In this document: positions 10,665-20,632 of the stretch, piece by piece
How the letters are laid out: each line of letters begins with the position of its first letter
Numbering within the stretch: the stretch's first letter is position 1
NCBI GenBank assembly: GCA_031401035.1
Contig: JANNRA010000112.1
Coordinates: 2,628-66,627, forward strand
Length of the DNA stretch: 64,000 bases
Direction: 5' to 3'
From: a bacterium
GTDB lineage: Bacteria > Desulfobacterota > Binatia > HRBIN30 > CADEER01
Notes under the pieces: generated by a model
The model's input: only the letters and a program-made list of their open reading frames with translations
Database searches by the model: none
Told to the model about the DNA's origin: nothing
Position numbers and translations under genes: made by a program

Positions 10665-13304
10665 TTACGGTTCCGTCACCCAGAAGTTGCCGAACAGGAT
10701 GAACATCTCATCCTCGGTGCGGAAGCCGCCGGTGACCGGGCAGGCGTCGCAATCACCGTCGCCGGCGCCGGGGCTCGATTCGCAGGCGGCGTCGTTACCG
10801 TTGCACAACTGGCCCTGCTTGGCGCCGCCGATGCACTGCGTCTTGTTCACCGCGCACGGCCCGCCGACGGCGAAGGCGTTGAAGATGACGCCGGCCGGCG
10901 GCGAGGTCGAGCGGCGCTTCACCGTCTGCGGCTCGGTGGAGCCGTTGTCGTAGTGGCCGCAGTAGGTGAAGGTGCGGTCGTAGTTCGCCGCGTCGCCGTC
11001 GAGCTCGATCGGCGGGTCGAAGCGCAGGACAACCGGGTCGTTGTACACGTAGTTGGCGTAGAGCAGGGCGTCCTGCGGGTCGCGTCCGCCGCCGTCGAGG
11101 CAGGCCGAGGCCGGGCAGGTCGCCGGCTCCTGCGGATTGCACGCCTTGCCGCCGTTGCTGCCGCCGGCGCAGGTGAAGCGACCGCGGTACACCTGGAAGC
11201 GCTTGCCGTGCCGATGCATATGGCCGCTGAGCTCGAAGACGTGCGCGGTCTGGCCCGGCAGAAGCAGGGAGTCGTCGCCGAACATCGTACTCGGCGGGCC
11301 GAACTCGTGCAGGTTGCAGGTCTCCATGTCCGTGAACGGGGCCAACTCGACCTGCGGGAAGGGCGGGAAGTTCTCGTTCCAGAAGATGCGGCTGGTGTCG
11401 AAGATCTGCTCCTGGACGAAGTCCTGCTCGTCGGGCTCGGGGAACAGGATGTTGACCCAGGCCTCCAGCGTGCCCGCCTGGCGGGTCAGGTTGAAGGCAT
11501 GCGAGTTCCACAGAATGACGCCCTTGACCGGCATCTCGTCGTAGACCGTCGAGGGGAAGCGGAAGTGCGCCGTCGTCTCCTGGGCGAAGGCGAAGCCACC
11601 GCTGCCGAGCGAGCCGAAGCCCTCGACCGGGCCGAAGCCGATGCAGGCGATGGTCGTCGAATCCGGATCGGTGGCGCACTGCCCGGCGCCGCAGAAGGGA
11701 ATGTCGAGCGGGTTGCACGCCTGACCAGCGCGGGCGCCGCCCTTGCAGCTGTATGGGCCCCAGCGCGGATCGTCGGCGGCGGCGGTGCCGCGGAAGATGT
11801 CGACGATCAGGTGGTGGCTGAGCGGGTCCTGGCGCACCTCGACGCTCTTGTAGCGGAATGTCTTGCCGTCCGGACTGAGCAGCGAGGCCGGAATCTGGCC
11901 GGTGAAATCGTAGTAGCTGGAGTAGCAGACCTCGGTCTCGCTCTTGCTGGCCAGGGTGTACGCCGGCATGTGCATCTGCACGCCCTTGCCGGCCGGCGGC
12001 GGTTCGAGCGGGTCGATCTTCACCGGCAGCGGTTCGGGCACGCAGGCGTCGAGGAGGGCCGCGGCCTGCGGCAGGTTGGCGTCGCGCGCCGCGCCGCCGG
12101 TTTCGATCCAGATGCCGAGGGCCTCGAGCTCGTCTTCGGTGAGCGTGTCGGCGCGGAGCGGCATCGGGCTGCCGACCGGCGCATCGTAGTCGTCGGGCCG
12201 CGTCTTGGCGGCCAGCTTGAGCCACAGCAGGCTGAAGTCCTTGCTGCCCGGTTCGACGCGGCGCAACGGCGAGTTGGCGCCGACGACGTCGTTGATGTTG
12301 GCGTAGGAGGCGCCGGCGCGCAGGTCGAGGTCGCCGAGCTTGGCGGCGCCGTGGCAGGCGTCGATGCTGCAGCCGCGGTTGTCGAAGATGGCCTTCTGGA
12401 TCAGATCGTAGGTGGTCGGGAAGACGTCGCACTCGGTCTTGACGCAATCGGCCCGGCAGCCGTCGCCGTCGTAGTCGTTGCCGTCGTCGCACTCCTCGAC
12501 CGGCAGCACCTGCATGCCGTCGCCGCACTCGGCGGGCGGGCAGACGACGGCGTTCTGTACGTAGGTCTCCTGCGCCAGGCAGTCGGCGCGGCCGGCGATG
12601 CGGCCGAGGACCTCGTCAAGGTCGCGTCCGTAGGTTTCCGCGAACAAGTCGCCCGGGCAGGCAGCGGCGATGCGTGCCTGTAACAGCTCCTCGGCGCGCG
12701 CGATGGCGCGGCCGCTGCGCTCGACGAGGCTGGTCTTCTGCGCCGGCGTCAGCACGGTCGAGGCAATGGCGTCGAGGGCGCGCTGGCGAGCGCGTACAGC
12801 GTAGCGCAGCAGCGAGCCGGCGGCGCGGCCGGTGACGTCGATGCAGGTCTGCGCGTCGCCGGTCATCGCGGCGATGGTGCCGCCGAGCATCGCCGGCCCG
12901 TAGGCGGCGGTGACCGCCGCGGTGTCGAGCTGGCGGCAGACGTCGATGACGTCGGTCTGCGCGTCGCCGAGGTCGACGTAGCGCAGGGTCTGCAACTGGC
13001 CGGCGGCGCAGTTGTCCGCGACCATGTCGCGGGCGCGCTCGCGCGCCGACTGAATCTTGGCGTCGCGCGTCGCCTCGTCGCACGGCGCGCCGCGCAGTTG
13101 CGCGGCGCTGCAGGTCGTCCGCGCCGCCAGGGCGCGGCTGGCGCACAGCGAGGCGGCGCGCGAGATCGCCCGCTGGCAGCGCGCCGTGTCGGGATTGAAC
13201 CCGCCCCACACCGCCAGGTCCGCCGGTGCCCCGTGCGCGTATGCGCTCGCGGCCGTCAACAGCACGGCGATGAGGATCCCCCAAGTCGTCTTCGTTCGAT
13301 GCAC
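10665..13304 (-). CDS. large secreted cysteine-rich protein with a Myxococcus cysteine-rich repeat and a C-terminal His-rich domain
   Basis: Probable GTG start at VHRTKTTWGILIAVLLTAASAYA (signal peptide). It contains a CGDG..EECDDGNDYDGDGCRADC repeat and many Cys residues. Its C-terminal half carries HH...HMHRHG...M motifs. Confidence 0.6.
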   Translation of the reverse strand: MHRTKTTWGILIAVLLTAASAYAHGAPADLAVWGGFNPDTARCQRAISRAASLCASRALAARTTCSAAQLRGAPCDEATRDAKIQSARERARDMVADNCAAGQLQTLRYVDLGDAQTDVIDVCRQLDTAAVTAAYGPAMLGGTIAAMTGDAQTCIDVTGRAAGSLLRYAVRARQRALDAIASTVLTPAQKTSLVERSGRAIARAEELLQARIAAACPGDLFAETYGRDLDEVLGRIAGRADCLAQETYVQNAVVCPPAECGDGMQVLPVEECDDGNDYDGDGCRADCVKTECDVFPTTYDLIQKAIFDNRGCSIDACHGAAKLGDLDLRAGASYANINDVVGANSPLRRVEPGSKDFSLLWLKLAAKTRPDDYDAPVGSPMPLRADTLTEDELEALGIWIETGGAARDANLPQAAALLDACVPEPLPVKIDPLEPPPAGKGVQMHMPAYTLASKSETEVCYSSYYDFTGQIPASLLSPDGKTFRYKSVEVRQDPLSHHLIVDIFRGTAAADDPRWGPYSCKGGARAGQACNPLDIPFCGAGQCATDPDSTTIACIGFGPVEGFGSLGSGGFAFAQETTAHFRFPSTVYDEMPVKGVILWNSHAFNLTRQAGTLEAWVNILFPEPDEQDFVQEQIFDTSRIFWNENFPPFPQVELAPFTDMETCNLHEFGPPSTMFGDDSLLLPGQTAHVFELSGHMHRHGKRFQVYRGRFTCAGGSNGGKACNPQEPATCPASACLDGGGRDPQDALLYANYVYNDPVVLRFDPPIELDGDAANYDRTFTYCGHYDNGSTEPQTVKRRSTSPPAGVIFNAFAVGGPCAVNKTQCIGGAKQGQLCNGNDAACESSPGAGDGDCDACPVTGGFRTEDEMFILFGNFWVTEP

Positions 13305-13453
13305 CACGCCTACCCCCGTGAAACGTTGTATCGGGGCGCAACCGCTAAGGAAAGGCGGCAGGCGCTCAGCGGCCGAAATCGCCGCCCTCCAGTCGCCGGC
13401 GGCTGCAAATCGGCGCTGGAGCAGGGCGTCATGCTGTGCCACCCTGGCGCGCC

Positions 13454-15013
13454 ATGGCCGACGCGTCCGTGGATGTCCTGATCGCCGGGGCCGGGCCCGT
13501 GGGGCTGACCCTGGGCGGACTGCTGGCCCGCCGCGGCCTGCGCTGCGCCGTCGTCGACCGCGCCGCGGCGCGCACCGATAAGTCGAAGGCCCTGGTCGTC
13601 TGGCCGCGCACGCTGGAACTGCTGGCGGCCGCCGGCATTGAGGCGGCGTTCCTCGGCGCCGGCAGCAAGGCGGGCGGCGGGCGCCTGTTCGGGCGCCGCC
13701 GCCAACTGGCCTGGCTCGACTTCTCGCGCAGCGGCGCGGCGTACCCGTTCAGCCTGATGATCCCGCAGAGCGAGACCGAGCGCCTGCTCGAAGTCGAGGC
13801 GCAGGCGGCGGGGGTGGAACTGCAGCGCCAGACGGAGCTGCTGCGCTTTGCCGCCGCCGCCGACGGCGTCGAGGTGACGCTGCGCGGCGGCGCCGGCGGC
13901 GAGCGGGTGGTGCGCTGCGGGTGGCTGGTCGGCTGCGACGGCGCGCACAGCGCGGTGCGGCACGGGTTGGGCCTCGCCTTTGCGGGCAGCGCGGAGAACA
14001 ACGACTGGTTCCTGGCCGACGTGCACGTCGACGGCGTCCTGCCGCGCGACGAGGTGAGCCTCTTCCTGCATCCCGACGGCGTGCTCGCCTGCTTTCCCAT
14101 TCCGCCCGATCGCTTCCGCGTCCTCGGCGACCTCGGCGCGGCGCAAGGCGAGCATCCGCGCGATCCGACCCTCGCCGACGTGCAGGCGTTGCTCGAGCGC
14201 CGCGGCCCGGGCCGTCTGACGGCACACGACCCGGTCTGGCTGGCTGGCTTCCGCATCAATGACCGGCAGGTCCCGTCGTATCGCCGCGGCCGCGTCCTGC
14301 TGGCCGGCGATGCCGCGCACATTCACAGTCCGGCCGGCGGACAGGGGATGAACACCGGCATGCACGACGCCTTCAATCTCGCCTGGAAGCTGGCACTGGT
14401 GCAGCAGGGGCGGGCCCGCGTCGAACTGATCGACAGCTACGACGCCGAGCGCCACCCGGTCGGCGCCCTCGTCGTGCGCGGCGCCGGCGCGCTGACGCGC
14501 CTGGCGACCATTCACAGCGCCGCCGGGCAGCGCCTGCGCGACGCCTTGGTGTCGCGGGCGTACTCGGTGCGGGCGCTGAGCGATCTGGTGGTCGGGGTGC
14601 TCACCGAAGTGGCGATCCACTATCGCGGCTCGCGCCTGTCGCGCGACGAGCGGCCGGTGCTGACCCGCTTGCGGGCGCGGCATGGCGGGGTGCGCGCCGG
14701 CGAGCGGGCGCCGGATGCGGCGGTGGACGATGCGGCGGGCGGCGCCACATCGCTCTTCGCGCTGCTGCGCGGCGGTCGGCACGTGCTGCTGCTGTCGGCG
14801 GACGCGCAGGCGGGACTGGCCGAGGCGGTGCAGCGCGCCTACCCGGACCTGGTCGACTGCGCGCGGCTGCGCGACCGACCGGCGCCCTACGCCACGCGCT
14901 CCGCGACGGCGATCCTGGTGCGGCCCGACGGCTACATCGGCTACCTCGGCGCGCCGGCAGTGGCGGCACGTGTCGTCGCCCACCTGGGCGCCTATCTGAT
15001 CCCCTCACCCTGA
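13454..15013 (+). CDS. FAD-dependent aromatic-ring monooxygenase (PheA/TfdB class)
   Basis: It has the N-terminal VDVLIAGAGPVGL motif, the DR motif and GDAAHIHSPAGGQGMNTGMHDAFNLAWKL. Confidence 0.85.
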   Translation: MADASVDVLIAGAGPVGLTLGGLLARRGLRCAVVDRAAARTDKSKALVVWPRTLELLAAAGIEAAFLGAGSKAGGGRLFGRRRQLAWLDFSRSGAAYPFSLMIPQSETERLLEVEAQAAGVELQRQTELLRFAAAADGVEVTLRGGAGGERVVRCGWLVGCDGAHSAVRHGLGLAFAGSAENNDWFLADVHVDGVLPRDEVSLFLHPDGVLACFPIPPDRFRVLGDLGAAQGEHPRDPTLADVQALLERRGPGRLTAHDPVWLAGFRINDRQVPSYRRGRVLLAGDAAHIHSPAGGQGMNTGMHDAFNLAWKLALVQQGRARVELIDSYDAERHPVGALVVRGAGALTRLATIHSAAGQRLRDALVSRAYSVRALSDLVVGVLTEVAIHYRGSRLSRDERPVLTRLRARHGGVRAGERAPDAAVDDAAGGATSLFALLRGGRHVLLLSADAQAGLAEAVQRAYPDLVDCARLRDRPAPYATRSATAILVRPDGYIGYLGAPAVAARVVAHLGAYLIPSP

Positions 15014-15047
15014 CCCTCTCCGCAGGGAGAGGGTCAGGGTGAGGGGG
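15001..15047. terminator. perfect 21-bp-stem hairpin of the GGGAGAGGGTCAGGGTGAGGG repeat family, between convergent genes
   Basis: CCCCTCACCCTGACCCTCTCC-gcag-GGAGAGGGTCAGGGTGAGGGG. It overlaps the monooxygenase stop codon. Confidence 0.6.
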
Positions 15048-15109
15048 TGCACACGCCGATCCCCCGGGGGCGTGTCAGGTCCTCGCCTCCCGAGCCCGTC
15101 CGCGCCCCC

Positions 15110-15784
15110 TCACGGGGCCGGCGGCGCCAGCGCCGCCATGTCGCGGCGGAAGGCCTGCATCGCCGCTGCGAAGGACCGCGCCGCCATCTCGCGCCGCGTC
15201 TCCTCGCTGTCGGCGCGCAGCTTGTCGAGCGTCTCCCGCACCTCGCCGGCGTAGGTGCGCGTCTCGCGGCTGCCGTGGCGCGCATCGACGATGGTGGCCT
15301 GGAGCTCGGTGCGCCCGTAGACCTCGGTGTCGGTGAGGCCGTACGCGATGCCGCCGATGGCGCCGGCGACGACGGCGATGGCGACCGCGGTGGCGACGAC
15401 CTGTTCGTGGTCCGGTTGGACCCAGTGCAACTCATCGAGTGACGGCTGCACCAGCACGTCGATGCCCTGCGTCCGCAGCGCCTCCAGTGGCGGCGACGCG
15501 ACACAGGCGGGCAGTGCCTCGACGCGCGCGAAGGCGCCGCTGGCGAGCATCTCGTGCCGCATGGCGGCGCTGACCGCGACGTTGACGTCGCCCTCGTATA
15601 CGTCGCCGATGCTGCGGTCGGCGCGGCGATCGCACACCGCGTGCAGGGCGCCGACCAGCGATCCCGCGCCGCTATCGCTCGGCACGGCCGCCTGCGGATA
15701 GGAAAACGGCAGGCGGCTTACGCAGCCGACCAGACAGAGGCTCGCCGCCATCGCCGCGAGCCCGTTTCCGACCATTCGTCGCAT
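15110..15784 (-). CDS. hypothetical lipoprotein
   Basis: Internal start at MRRMVGNGLAAMAASLCLVGC gives a lipobox LVGC. No recognisable domain. Confidence 0.55.
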   Translation of the reverse strand: MRRMVGNGLAAMAASLCLVGCVSRLPFSYPQAAVPSDSGAGSLVGALHAVCDRRADRSIGDVYEGDVNVAVSAAMRHEMLASGAFARVEALPACVASPPLEALRTQGIDVLVQPSLDELHWVQPDHEQVVATAVAIAVVAGAIGGIAYGLTDTEVYGRTELQATIVDARHGSRETRTYAGEVRETLDKLRADSEETRREMAARSFAAAMQAFRRDMAALAPPAP

Positions 15785-15987
15785 CGCTCGTCCCTCCCGC
15801 CGGCCCGCTAGCGCGCGCGACCTTGACGGCGCAATGACTGCCGCGCACCGATTCGACGCCCAGGACTGGACGCCGACGACGCGGTCGTGTTCGCGACTCG
15901 TCCCCGGACGGCGCCCCGTCCCGGCCGCTCTTCGCACGGCCGTGCAGGTGCGTTGAAGGGGTCGTGGGGGGCGGCTAGGCTCCGCCG

Positions 15988-16878
15988 ATGTTGGCGCCGA
16001 CGTATGCCGGGGCGGTCGAGCCCGAGCGCGAGGTCTTCCTCGAGGTGCGCGGCGTGCGTCTGCATGTGGCCGAGTGGGGCGATCCGGCGCGGACGCCGGT
16101 GCTGCTCTGCCATGGCTTCTGGGATCATGTGCGCAGTTTCGCCACGCTGGCGCCGTTGCTGGCGGCGCGGCATCGGGTGGTGGCGCTCGACGCGCGCGGG
16201 CACGGCGACTCGGGGTGGGCCGACGCCTACGCCTGGTCGGTGCGCTGTGGCGACATCGCCGCCGTGCTCGAGTGGTTGGCGGCGCCGGCGCACCTGGTCG
16301 GCCACAGCATGGGCGGCGGTCTGGTGATCGAGGCGGCGCGCTCGGTTGCCGATCGCGTCCGCCAGGTGGTCAGCCTGGACGGCTTCGGACCGCCGCCATT
16401 CCCGGCCGAGCAGCAGGCGCAGAGCGTCGCCCGGCTGACCGCCTTCCTCGACCAGCGCCGCGCCGTGGCGCGACGGCCGGACTGGCGCCCCTACGCGAGC
16501 CTCGATCAGTTGGTCGAACGGCGCCGGGCGCAGAATCCGCGCCTGACATCCGACTGGCTGCGCTACTTCGCCTTTCACGGCGCCCGCGAGGCGGCCGACG
16601 GCTGGCGCTGGAAGGCCGACCCGCTACTCGCCCAGGACGCCGGCCCGTGGCGGCCGGAGTGGATCGCGCCCGGCTACGCGCGGCTGACGCAGCCGCTGTT
16701 GGCGGTGATCGGCTCGGAAGAGGACACCTGGGGGCCGCTGCCGGAGGCGATCCTGGCACCGCGCCTCGCCGGTGTACGCCAGTTGACCCGGGCGACGATC
16801 GCCGGGGCGGGCCACTTCATGCACATGGAACGGCCGGCGGAGACGGCGGCGCTGCTGCTCGACTGGTTGGCGGCGTGA
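15988..16878 (+). CDS. alpha/beta-fold hydrolase
   Basis: It has an HGFWDH oxyanion-region motif and a GHSMGG nucleophile elbow. The protein is 296 aa. Confidence 0.85.
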   Translation: MLAPTYAGAVEPEREVFLEVRGVRLHVAEWGDPARTPVLLCHGFWDHVRSFATLAPLLAARHRVVALDARGHGDSGWADAYAWSVRCGDIAAVLEWLAAPAHLVGHSMGGGLVIEAARSVADRVRQVVSLDGFGPPPFPAEQQAQSVARLTAFLDQRRAVARRPDWRPYASLDQLVERRRAQNPRLTSDWLRYFAFHGAREAADGWRWKADPLLAQDAGPWRPEWIAPGYARLTQPLLAVIGSEEDTWGPLPEAILAPRLAGVRQLTRATIAGAGHFMHMERPAETAALLLDWLAA

Positions 16879-17525
16879 TGCGTCCGCGCCACGCCCGCGT
16901 CGAGCTCGCCCTGCACGAGCTCTCGCCGCGCGACGGAGCGCCGTTGCTGCTGCTGCACGGGCTCGGCGCGTCGTCGACGGACTGGGGCGAGCTGCCCGGC
17001 GCCTGGCCCGGGCCGGTGCTCGGCCTCGACTTCAGCGGCCACGGCGCCTCGCAGTGGCTGCGCGGCGGCGTCTATCTACCCGAGTTGCTGGCCGGCGACG
17101 TCGACGCGGCGCTGGCGGAGATCGGGCCGGCGCATCTGCTCGGCACCGGCCTCGGTGCCTACGTCGCGCTGCTTGTCGCGGGGGCACGCCCGGCGCTCGT
17201 GCCGGGCGCGCTGCTGCTACCCGGGCGCGGCCTTGACGGCGGTGGCGTCGAACCGGATTTTGATCGCCCGGCCCTGGTCTCGGCGACGCCGGCGCTGCAG
17301 CCGCGGTGGCCCGACGGCTGCGATCCCTGCTGCGCCATGCTGGAGTGCGATCCGCGTCCGCCGGACTACGCGGCGCGCTTCGCCGCCGCGGCGCGGCGAC
17401 TGGTGTTGTGCGAGGATGGCGAGGCGCGGCCGCCGTGGTGGGCGGCCGTACGCGACGCCGGTGCCGAGGTCGTGACCGGCGATGCGCGAGCCGCCCTGGC
17501 GCGGTTGCTGACTCCCTCTCCCTGA
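16878..17525 (+). CDS. alpha/beta-fold hydrolase, second short paralog
   Basis: Its ATG overlaps the upstream stop (TGATG). It carries LLLLHGLGASSTDW and a GTGLGAYVA nucleophile-elbow-like motif. Confidence 0.65.
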   Translation: MRPRHARVELALHELSPRDGAPLLLLHGLGASSTDWGELPGAWPGPVLGLDFSGHGASQWLRGGVYLPELLAGDVDAALAEIGPAHLLGTGLGAYVALLVAGARPALVPGALLLPGRGLDGGGVEPDFDRPALVSATPALQPRWPDGCDPCCAMLECDPRPPDYAARFAAAARRLVLCEDGEARPPWWAAVRDAGAEVVTGDARAALARLLTPSP

Positions 17526-17547
17526 TCGGCCGCAGGCCTGCTGTGCA

Positions 17548-17622
17548 GGGCGCCGCTGCGTCGGCGCCTGTGGCATCGGGCCGCGCTGGCCGCATCCAAC
17601 AGGCGCCGACGGAGCGGCGCCC
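17548..17622. repeat. palindromic MITE-like repeat, family B, intergenic copy
   Basis: GGGCGCCGCTGCGTCGGCGCCTGTGG....CAACAGGCGCCGACGGAGCGGCGCCC. A near-identical copy lies inside the alpha-2-macroglobulin gene at 26840-26920. Confidence 0.7.
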
Positions 17623-17646
17623 GCCAAGTGCATTGACCTGCGATCG

Positions 17647-18942
17647 CTACAGCGCGTCGCGGTTTACCAGGTTTTCCAGCGCCTCCTGGCGGCCCGAGCG
17701 CGGTTGCGGTTCGGGCGCCGTGAGTGCCTGGCGCTCGCAGTCTTCCAAGGTGCGCTCGCCGGCGAGAATGGCGCGTCCCGGCACGGTGTCCCAGCCGGCG
17801 TAACGCGCCTCGATGGCCCGCGCCAGATCGCCGCGTTCGAGCATGCGCGCGGCGCGCAGCAGCCCGCGCGCGACGGCGTCCATGCCGCCGATATGCGCGT
17901 GCACGAGGTCCTCCCTGTCGATGCTCTGGCGGCGCAGCTTGGCGTCGAAGTTGAATCCGCCGCTGCCGAGGCCGCCGGCCTGCAGGATGGTGTACAGCGC
18001 CAGGGCCGTCTCGTCCGGGCTGTTGGGAAACTGATCGGTGTCCCAGCCGTTCTGGGCGTCGCCGCGGTTGGCGTCGACGCTGCCCAGCAGCCCGTTTGCC
18101 GCCGCGTAGGCGAGCTCGTGCTGGAAGCTGTGGCCGGCCAGGGTGGCATGGTTGGCTTCGATGTTGAGCTTGATCTCCTTGTCGAGCCCGAACTCGAGCA
18201 GCAAGCCGTGCACGCTGGCGGCATCGCGGTCGTACTGATGCTTGGTCGGTTCCATCGGCTTCGGTTCGATCAGCAGCGTCCCGCCGAAGCCGCTGCGATG
18301 CTTGTGCTCGACCACCATCGACAGGAAGCGGCCGAGTTGGCGGCGTTCGCGGCCCAGGTCGGTGTTGAGCAACGTGTCGTAGCCCTCGCGCCCGCCCCAG
18401 AGGACGTAGTTCTCGCCGCCGAGGCGCTGCGTCACCTGCATCGCCTTGCGCACCTGCGCGGCGGCGTAGGCGAACACCGCCGGATCGGGATTGGTGGCGG
18501 CGCCGGCGGCGTAGCGGCGATGGCCGAAGAGATTGGCCGTCCCCCACAGCAGGCGCACGCCGCTGCGCGCCATGTGCGCCGCGAGGACGTCGACGATGCG
18601 GTCGAGGCGGTCGTTGGACTCCGCCAGCGTCGCGCCCTCGGGCGCCACATCGCGATCGTGGAAGGTGAAGAACGGCACCCCGAGGGTGGTGAACAGCTCG
18701 AATGCCGCCGCCGCCTTGCGCTCGGCCAGCGCCAGCGGCTCGCCGGCGCCGAACCACGGCCGATCGAGCGTCTCGGCGCCGAACATGTCGACGCCCGGCC
18801 AGCAGAACGAGTGCCAGTAGCAGACCGCGAAGCGCAGGTGCTGGCGCATCGTCTGGCCGAGCACGACGCGCTCGGCGTCGTACCACCGGAAGGCGAGCGG
18901 CGTGTCGCTGTCGGGACCTTCGTAACGGATCGGGTCGGGCAT
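17647..18942 (-). CDS. xylA: xylose isomerase
   Basis: Internal start [22 protein letters not shown], preceded by GGAGG. Conserved XylA blocks are present throughout. Confidence 0.9.
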   Translation of the reverse strand: MPDPIRYEGPDSDTPLAFRWYDAERVVLGQTMRQHLRFAVCYWHSFCWPGVDMFGAETLDRPWFGAGEPLALAERKAAAAFELFTTLGVPFFTFHDRDVAPEGATLAESNDRLDRIVDVLAAHMARSGVRLLWGTANLFGHRRYAAGAATNPDPAVFAYAAAQVRKAMQVTQRLGGENYVLWGGREGYDTLLNTDLGRERRQLGRFLSMVVEHKHRSGFGGTLLIEPKPMEPTKHQYDRDAASVHGLLLEFGLDKEIKLNIEANHATLAGHSFQHELAYAAANGLLGSVDANRGDAQNGWDTDQFPNSPDETALALYTILQAGGLGSGGFNFDAKLRRQSIDREDLVHAHIGGMDAVARGLLRAARMLERGDLARAIEARYAGWDTVPGRAILAGERTLEDCERQALTAPEPQPRSGRQEALENLVNRDAL

Positions 18943-18999
18943 GGGAGCCTCCATCAGCGCTGATCTGACACGAACACTTTCACACGCAGGCACGGATCT

Positions 19000-20463
19000 T
19001 TAAGGTGTGCTCCGGCGCGACGTCGCGGCGCCCTCCGCATACAGGCGGCGGAACCACTCGCGCCTCTCGCTCAGGCCGGGCATCGCCTCCGGCTCCACCA
19101 GCGCCGCGCCGGGCGGCGGCGTGCACACCGCCAGCGCATCCTCGCCGTCGACCGCCAGGCGGGCGAGCCGCGCCGCGCCGAACGCCGGGCCGATCTCGCC
19201 GTCGGCGTGATACTGCAGCGGCCGTTCGAGTGCGCTGGCGAGTATGCGTCCCCAGTAGTGGCTGCGCGCGCCGCCGCCGATGACGGAGACGGTGCTGATT
19301 GCGGTGCCGGCGGACAGCAGGGCGTCCTGGCCGTCGGCAAGCGCGAAGGCGACGCCCTCCAGTACGGCACGGGCGAGCGCGGCGCGCGTCGTCGCGTGCG
19401 TCAGGCCGACGAAGGCGCCGGTCGCCTCGGGGTCGTTGTGCGGCGTGCGCTCGCCGGACAGATACGGCAGGAAGACGACGCGCGGATCGGCGGCATCGGC
19501 CTCGACCTCTGCCAGCAGCGCCGCCTCGCTGGCGGCGCCGGTGAGCGCGGTCACCCAGGTCAGGCAGCTGGCGGCGCTGAGGATGACCGCCATCTGGTGC
19601 CAGGTGTCGGGGAGGCAGTGGCAGAAGGCGTGCACGGCCTGTCGCGGCGCCGGCGCGAAGCGGGCCCCGGCGACGAAGTAGACGCCCGAGGTGCCGAGCG
19701 ACAGGAACGCCTCGCCGGGCCGCACGACGCCGACGCCGACCGCCCCGGCGGCATTGTCGCCGCCGCCACCGGCGACGACGATGCCCGGCGCCAGCCCCCA
19801 CGCCGCGGCGACCTCGGCGCGCAGGCGGCCGGAGGGCGCCGAGCCCTCGACCAGGCGCGGCATGGCGCGTTCGTCGAGATCGCAGGCGGCGAGCAGTTCT
19901 GCCGACCAGGCGCGCCGCGCGACGTCGAGCCACAGCGTGCCGGCGGCGTCGGACATCTCGCCGACGTACTCGCCGGTCAGGCGCAGGCGCAGCCAGTCCT
20001 TCGGCAGCAGCACGCGCGCCGTGCGGCGGAAGATCTCCGCCTCGTGCGCCGCCACCCACAGCAGCTTCGGCGCGGTGAAGCCCGGCATGGCGAGGTTGCC
20101 GGCGAGCGCGTGCAGCCGCGGCGCGCGCCGCTCGAGCTCGGCGCACTCGGCACCGGCGCGGCCGTCGTTCCACAAGATGGCGGGGCGCAGGACGCGGTCG
20201 GCGTCGTCGAGCAGCGTCGCGCCGTGCATCTGGCCCGCCAGGCCGATGCCGCGCACGGCAGTCCATTTGGAGCCATGCGCGGCGCGCAACGCGCCGACGG
20301 CATCCTCGCAGGCACCCCACCACGCCTCGGGGTCCTGCTCGGACCACAGCGGCCGCGGCCGCTGCACGGCGAGCGGCGCGCTGGCCTGGCCGATGACGCG
20401 CTGCGTCGCGTCGACCAGCACCGCCTTGACCGCCGAGGTGCCGAGATCGAGACCGAGGAACAT
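19000..20463 (-). CDS. xylB: xylulokinase
   Basis: MFLGLDLGTSAVKAVLVD is an FGGY kinase N-terminus. The 487-aa protein lies immediately upstream of xylA. Confidence 0.9.
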   Translation of the reverse strand: MFLGLDLGTSAVKAVLVDATQRVIGQASAPLAVQRPRPLWSEQDPEAWWGACEDAVGALRAAHGSKWTAVRGIGLAGQMHGATLLDDADRVLRPAILWNDGRAGAECAELERRAPRLHALAGNLAMPGFTAPKLLWVAAHEAEIFRRTARVLLPKDWLRLRLTGEYVGEMSDAAGTLWLDVARRAWSAELLAACDLDERAMPRLVEGSAPSGRLRAEVAAAWGLAPGIVVAGGGGDNAAGAVGVGVVRPGEAFLSLGTSGVYFVAGARFAPAPRQAVHAFCHCLPDTWHQMAVILSAASCLTWVTALTGAASEAALLAEVEADAADPRVVFLPYLSGERTPHNDPEATGAFVGLTHATTRAALARAVLEGVAFALADGQDALLSAGTAISTVSVIGGGARSHYWGRILASALERPLQYHADGEIGPAFGAARLARLAVDGEDALAVCTPPPGAALVEPEAMPGLSERREWFRRLYAEGAATSRRSTP

Positions 20464-20632
20464 GCGCCGTGTGTAGCCGAATTTCCGTGTTGACTAACAG
20501 TGTCGGCGTCCGTAGCGATGAGGTGTCTCTTCCTTCTTCGCGCAACCCCTTCTCCAGCCCAAGCTTCGGAGGGGGCGACTCCAGCAACGGGGGTCCCGGC
20601 GCCTGCCGGGGCCCCCGTGTCGTCTGTGGTCC

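Noticed and set aside
10795-12528. 577-aa alternate-frame ORF inside the cysteine-rich secreted-protein gene
   Set aside because: It is the same strand in a different frame, with an Arg/Gly/Pro-rich product and no start context. The 10665..13304 frame has the signal peptide and the cysteine repeat.
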